The notes beneath the pieces were generated by a model. It was given only the letters and a program-made list of their open reading frames with translations, was not told the DNA's origin and did not search any database. A stretch of 64,000 bases of DNA, from positions 64,001-128,000 of the IMG/VR virus record IMGVR_UViG_3300037067_003400. One strand, 5' to 3'. The position numbers and the translations under genes are program-made. Origin of the DNA: a virus. Taxonomy: Duplodnaviria; Caudoviricetes. Positions 60,701-64,000 of the stretch are shown here, piece by piece. Positions within the stretch are counted from its first letter, which is position 1, and every line of letters starts with the position of its first letter.

Positions 60701-61120
60701 ATGGTAGGAAAAGTTCTTAATAAAATAGTAGAGTGGCATGATGATTTGTATGCTAAACATGAATTTAAAACCACTCCAGAAGAGCATTATGGTGGGCCTA
60801 AGGAATCTAATGGCCCACTATGGCAGTATATGCCTGAGGAATCTAAAGATACATTTATAAAAGTGTTTGGGTCTATATGGAATACATGTGTTGCTTTAGC
60901 TGAAGAAGAGGCAGCTAATAAGGCAGCTTTTGAAGCAGGAGAATGGAAGTATTTAGGATGTAGTGCTTATGCTATTATTGAGGTTCCTGGTAGTAACGAT
61001 ACTATTAAGATAACGACACCAGGTGTATCAGGTATACCATCTTCATCACCAGATGATTACCTTAAAGAAATAGAACGTAGCCAGATGGAGTTGCTGGAGT
61101 TAATGCTATCTTCTAATTAG
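60701..61120 (+). CDS. hypothetical protein, last gene of the + strand block
   Basis: GGAGG RBS; its stop overlaps that of the convergent ORF 61117. Confidence 0.6.
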   Translation: MVGKVLNKIVEWHDDLYAKHEFKTTPEEHYGGPKESNGPLWQYMPEESKDTFIKVFGSIWNTCVALAEEEAANKAAFEAGEWKYLGCSAYAIIEVPGSNDTIKITTPGVSGIPSSSPDDYLKEIERSQMELLELMLSSN

Positions 61121-61356
61121 TTATATCCAAGCTGAGATAGGTAATCTTTATTTTTTAGTTGAGAATTAAGTTTCCTATCTTTAGCTTTCTTTTTAATGAG
61201 GTTGAATAAACACTGTATATCACAGAAGAGTATTCCTTTTTTTGAGGTTTTAGTAACAATTACCATAGAGGTATCGGGGTTAGGAAACTTTCCACAGTTG
61301 GCGCAGGTAGTGGCAGTATCGTAGATAGCTGTGATTTTAATAACATCATCTTGCAT
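61117..61356 (-). CDS. small treble-clef/TRASH-like Zn-finger protein
   Basis: CANCGK...FCDIQC. Confidence 0.55.
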   Translation of the reverse strand: MQDDVIKITAIYDTATTCANCGKFPNPDTSMVIVTKTSKKGILFCDIQCLFNLIKKKAKDRKLNSQLKNKDYLSQLGYN

Positions 61357-62051
61357 TATCTTAGTCTCCTTATGTCATCTCTAAAGAATTTAGCTAACAC
61401 TTTCTTAGCAGCACTTAGGTGATTCCGTAGTGTCCTCTCCGTCCCTATGTGTAAAACTTCAGCTGCTACTGTTTCTGTAAAGCCATCAGCATATATCATC
61501 TTGATGATAGCTCTCTGTAAGGGAGTAAGTCTATCCCAGCCTTCTCCTGTTGTGATACCATTTACCCATGACATGTTTATTTCTACCTCTTCGTCCTGGG
61601 CAGACTTGTACGTATCAATATCACGAAAGATCCCTGCTTGTTTAGTCTCTACTGTTTTACAAACCAATGGGTCTTTCACTAAATCTTTTAGTTGTCTCTT
61701 GAAGACATACTTGAAATTGCTTGCTATAGCTGTATACTTTCTTGCTGTTGTAAGTAAAGCTAATACAGCTTCTTGGTTTATATCTTCTGGGTCATAGGCT
61801 TTAAGTAGTATTACAAGTTCTTCTACTGTAGTTTGTAAGTCGTCACCTCCTAACATTGAAAGAAAGTGCCTTATGTCTTTGTCGTGCTTATCCCAGATGC
61901 CAAGTGTGCATAGTCTTACATACTTATCTGTTATAGGGGCAAAAGCTTCTATTAGTTCCTGGGATGCTATTGCGTCCCCTTCTCTATAGCGTGTAACTAT
62001 GTCGTTTAGCTCTTCTGTTGTGTGGTAAGTGTAAACTTTATTTTTATTCAT
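61356..62051 (-). CDS. second, divergent sigma70-like factor
   Basis: YREGDAIASQELIEAF, EDINQE, LTPLQRAII...GFTETVAAEVL..HTH. Confidence 0.75.
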   Translation of the reverse strand: MNKNKVYTYHTTEELNDIVTRYREGDAIASQELIEAFAPITDKYVRLCTLGIWDKHDKDIRHFLSMLGGDDLQTTVEELVILLKAYDPEDINQEAVLALLTTARKYTAIASNFKYVFKRQLKDLVKDPLVCKTVETKQAGIFRDIDTYKSAQDEEVEINMSWVNGITTGEGWDRLTPLQRAIIKMIYADGFTETVAAEVLHIGTERTLRNHLSAAKKVLAKFFRDDIRRLR

Positions 62052-62100
62052 AAGAGTATGTTTGGGGAAGTTTAGGAAAGCTTCCCCGTTACGTGTGTAA

Positions 62101-62688
62101 CTACTGTTTAGTTCTCACTTTTAACTGGTCTGGCGTAAATAGCCCAGTCCCAGGAGCAGTAACTATTCTATTTGACTGTAGCTGTAGTAGAACGTCTACT
62201 AAGTACAGCATCTTGAGATCAGCTGGTCCTATGCTAATAGGGCATCTCTTAGCTTCAATGTGTTTAAGGAAACCATTGTCTGTAAAGTACTGTACTAACC
62301 AATTAAACTCAAACTGAGATTTAGTATTGATATAGATATCCCTTACTCGAGCATCTGGTTGTACCTGAATGCTTTGACGTATAGCTTGATCTACCTGTGG
62401 GTCTTCTATAAACTGATAGCTTAGGTACCAGTTAAAGAATGTTTCCTCTGAACCTGGCCTGTACAATATCTGGAGAATCTGGTCTCCATCTGCCATTCTT
62501 TTTTGAATATCTGCACCTACTGCTTCAAAAAATGCAGTAAGCTGGTCTTCTGGTAAACTGCCTAAGAGATCATAGTTAGGGTCAGCTGCCAATTCCTCTA
62601 GGGATTTAGTTGGCTCTGTGATATGCCCTGTCTCTACTTCGATATCTTTAGCTTTATCATTCTTTGGTGTTAATGTCTTCGGCATTAA
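62101..62688 (-). CDS. hypothetical protein (likely start MPKTLTPK)
   Basis: GGAGG precedes ATG 62688 on the - strand. Confidence 0.55.
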   Translation of the reverse strand, partial: LMPKTLTPKNDKAKDIEVETGHITEPTKSLEELAADPNYDLLGSLPEDQLTAFFEAVGADIQKRMADGDQILQILYRPGSEETFFNWYLSYQFIEDPQVDQAIRQSIQVQPDARVRDIYINTKSQFEFNWLVQYFTDNGFLKHIEAKRCPISIGPADLKMLYLVDVLLQLQSNRIVTAPGTGLFTPDQLKVRTKQ

Positions 62689-62823
62689 TGTCCTCCATCT
62701 TTTTGGTATGTCTCTTTTTCTTCTTCCACTCTTCAGAAATCTCATCGTCTTCTGGTTCTCCATTAGGGTTTAGTATTCCTAACGTTCGTCCTGTATTAGG
62801 GTCTACAACTTCTATCTTTTCCA

Positions 62824-63192
62824 TTATCTTCCTCTATTATGTACGTTAGTAAGTCTTGTTTGCTGGTCTAATATTTCCTGCATGGTTTCTTCCCACTTAT
62901 CTTCGTACGCTACTGGAACTTTAGTTTCATATTCTGATTGGTACTTAGGTCTATTCTGTGTGAAGAATGGAACCTTTAGAAAGTCTGTTACTTTCTTGTA
63001 GTTAAGCTTAGTATGTGGCTTACACTCACATGTTAGTCTTGGATACTTTCTATCTTCACAGGCTATACACATTTGATTATGGTGTTTATAATTTTCACAT
63101 AGTTTACATATAGAGCACTGCTTAAAGGATGGGCACTTAACCATTACATGGTTATTGTAAAACTCTCCCATTAACATTCTTGGGGTATCCAT
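62824..63192 (-). CDS. Cys-rich hypothetical protein
   Basis: Multiple Cys clusters; coupled to neighbours. Confidence 0.55.
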   Translation of the reverse strand: MDTPRMLMGEFYNNHVMVKCPSFKQCSICKLCENYKHHNQMCIACEDRKYPRLTCECKPHTKLNYKKVTDFLKVPFFTQNRPKYQSEYETKVPVAYEDKWEETMQEILDQQTRLTNVHNRGR

Positions 63193-63606
63193 TAACTATC
63201 ACCTACACAACTTGGAATGCCCTCGTCTAATATATAGAAGTCACAATTAGAATCTTCTAAGTATGCTCCAAATATACTAAGTCCCGGTTTATCATCATCT
63301 AAACCACGAAGTAAAGTACTATCAAATATAAGTAGGTCTGGTTGCAAGGCAGTTATAATAAGTCGTACATCTAAGGGTTTCTGATATTGAACAACACTTA
63401 CTCTTCCAAACTCTCCAATAGTAAATATTCTATCTATCAAACTTCTATTAAAGTCAATTTGTTTTTCTTTAAGTAGTTGATATATTTCTTCTTCTATTTG
63501 AAAGGTATTGCCTGGTGTTATATATACTATCCTTTTCGTTTCTGTTATTTCAGAAACTATAGTACTTGCAGAAGAGGCAGTGATTACTACTTTTGGGCAG
63601 TCTATT

Positions 63607-63960
63607 TTATTCTTTCGAAGGTTGTCCATCTTCGTCCTCATCTGTTGACACTTCCTCTAAGATTGCTATGATGTCACCTTCCATAACCGCAGTTACTTCT
63701 TGGTGCCCTGGTAATTCCCATCGTACAGGTGCGTGTCTGTGAACTAAAACTAAATCTCCCCGTTTTACAAGCATAGGGATAGGTTTTCCATCTGGTGTAA
63801 TAGGCCCCGTGCCTACTGCTGTAACTCTTGCTATACAAGGAATCTCCTTTGCTTTATCTGTGAGAATAATTCCTCCAGCTGTGACTTCCTCTACCATTTC
63901 TTCCAGCATATCTATGATTACATAGTTATATAGCGGTTTGATTCTTAAAGTTGTTGACAT
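63607..63960 (-). CDS. groES: co-chaperonin GroES
   Basis: IKPLYNYVII, TAGGIIL, AVGTG, VKRGDLV, EGDIIAI; AGGAGG before ATG 63960. Confidence 0.92.
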   Translation of the reverse strand: MSTTLRIKPLYNYVIIDMLEEMVEEVTAGGIILTDKAKEIPCIARVTAVGTGPITPDGKPIPMLVKRGDLVLVHRHAPVRWELPGHQEVTAVMEGDIIAILEEVSTDEDEDGQPSKE

Positions 63961-64000
63961 TTGTCCTCCTATAATATCTTTCTTAGATCCCATACTAAGG

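Noticed and set aside
63192-63641. Possible RecA/DnaB-like helicase fragment (PDLLIFDS)
   Set aside because: Only a Walker B-like strand with no Walker A in 149 aa; insufficient for a call.

Overview
64 kb of an AT-rich, gene-dense large (probably jumbo) dsDNA bacteriophage genome. No virion structural genes, integrase or CRISPR array are visible. Nearly all genes are on the + strand up to 61120, where a - strand block (second sigma factor, GroES) converges. The order is: small accessory genes with several paralog arrays, tandem macrodomains and an Rnl2-type RNA ligase (1-14 kb); SSB and a sigma factor; a complete JAB + E1 + ubiquitin-like + E2 cassette (16.1-19.6 kb); a 1 kb non-coding cluster of four Y RNA-like genes, two atypical tRNAs and three anticodon-defective tRNA-like elements directly upstream of a Ro60/Rsr (TROVE) gene (20.4-23.0 kb), with a fifth Y RNA-like gene at 34.6 kb; nucleotide metabolism (intein-containing class II RNR, intein-containing RmlB, ThyX, dUTPase, HD hydrolase); a methyltransferase/endonuclease pair; and a replication/recombination module (RecA, UDG, Cas4-like nuclease, clamp loader, beta clamp, resolvase, primase, UvrD helicase, family A polymerase). 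The two strongest candidates for an undescribed system are the multi-Y-RNA/tRNA-mimic/Ro60 locus and the adjacent phage-borne ubiquitin-like conjugation cassette. All calls come from motif reading by eye; no searches or folding programs were run.
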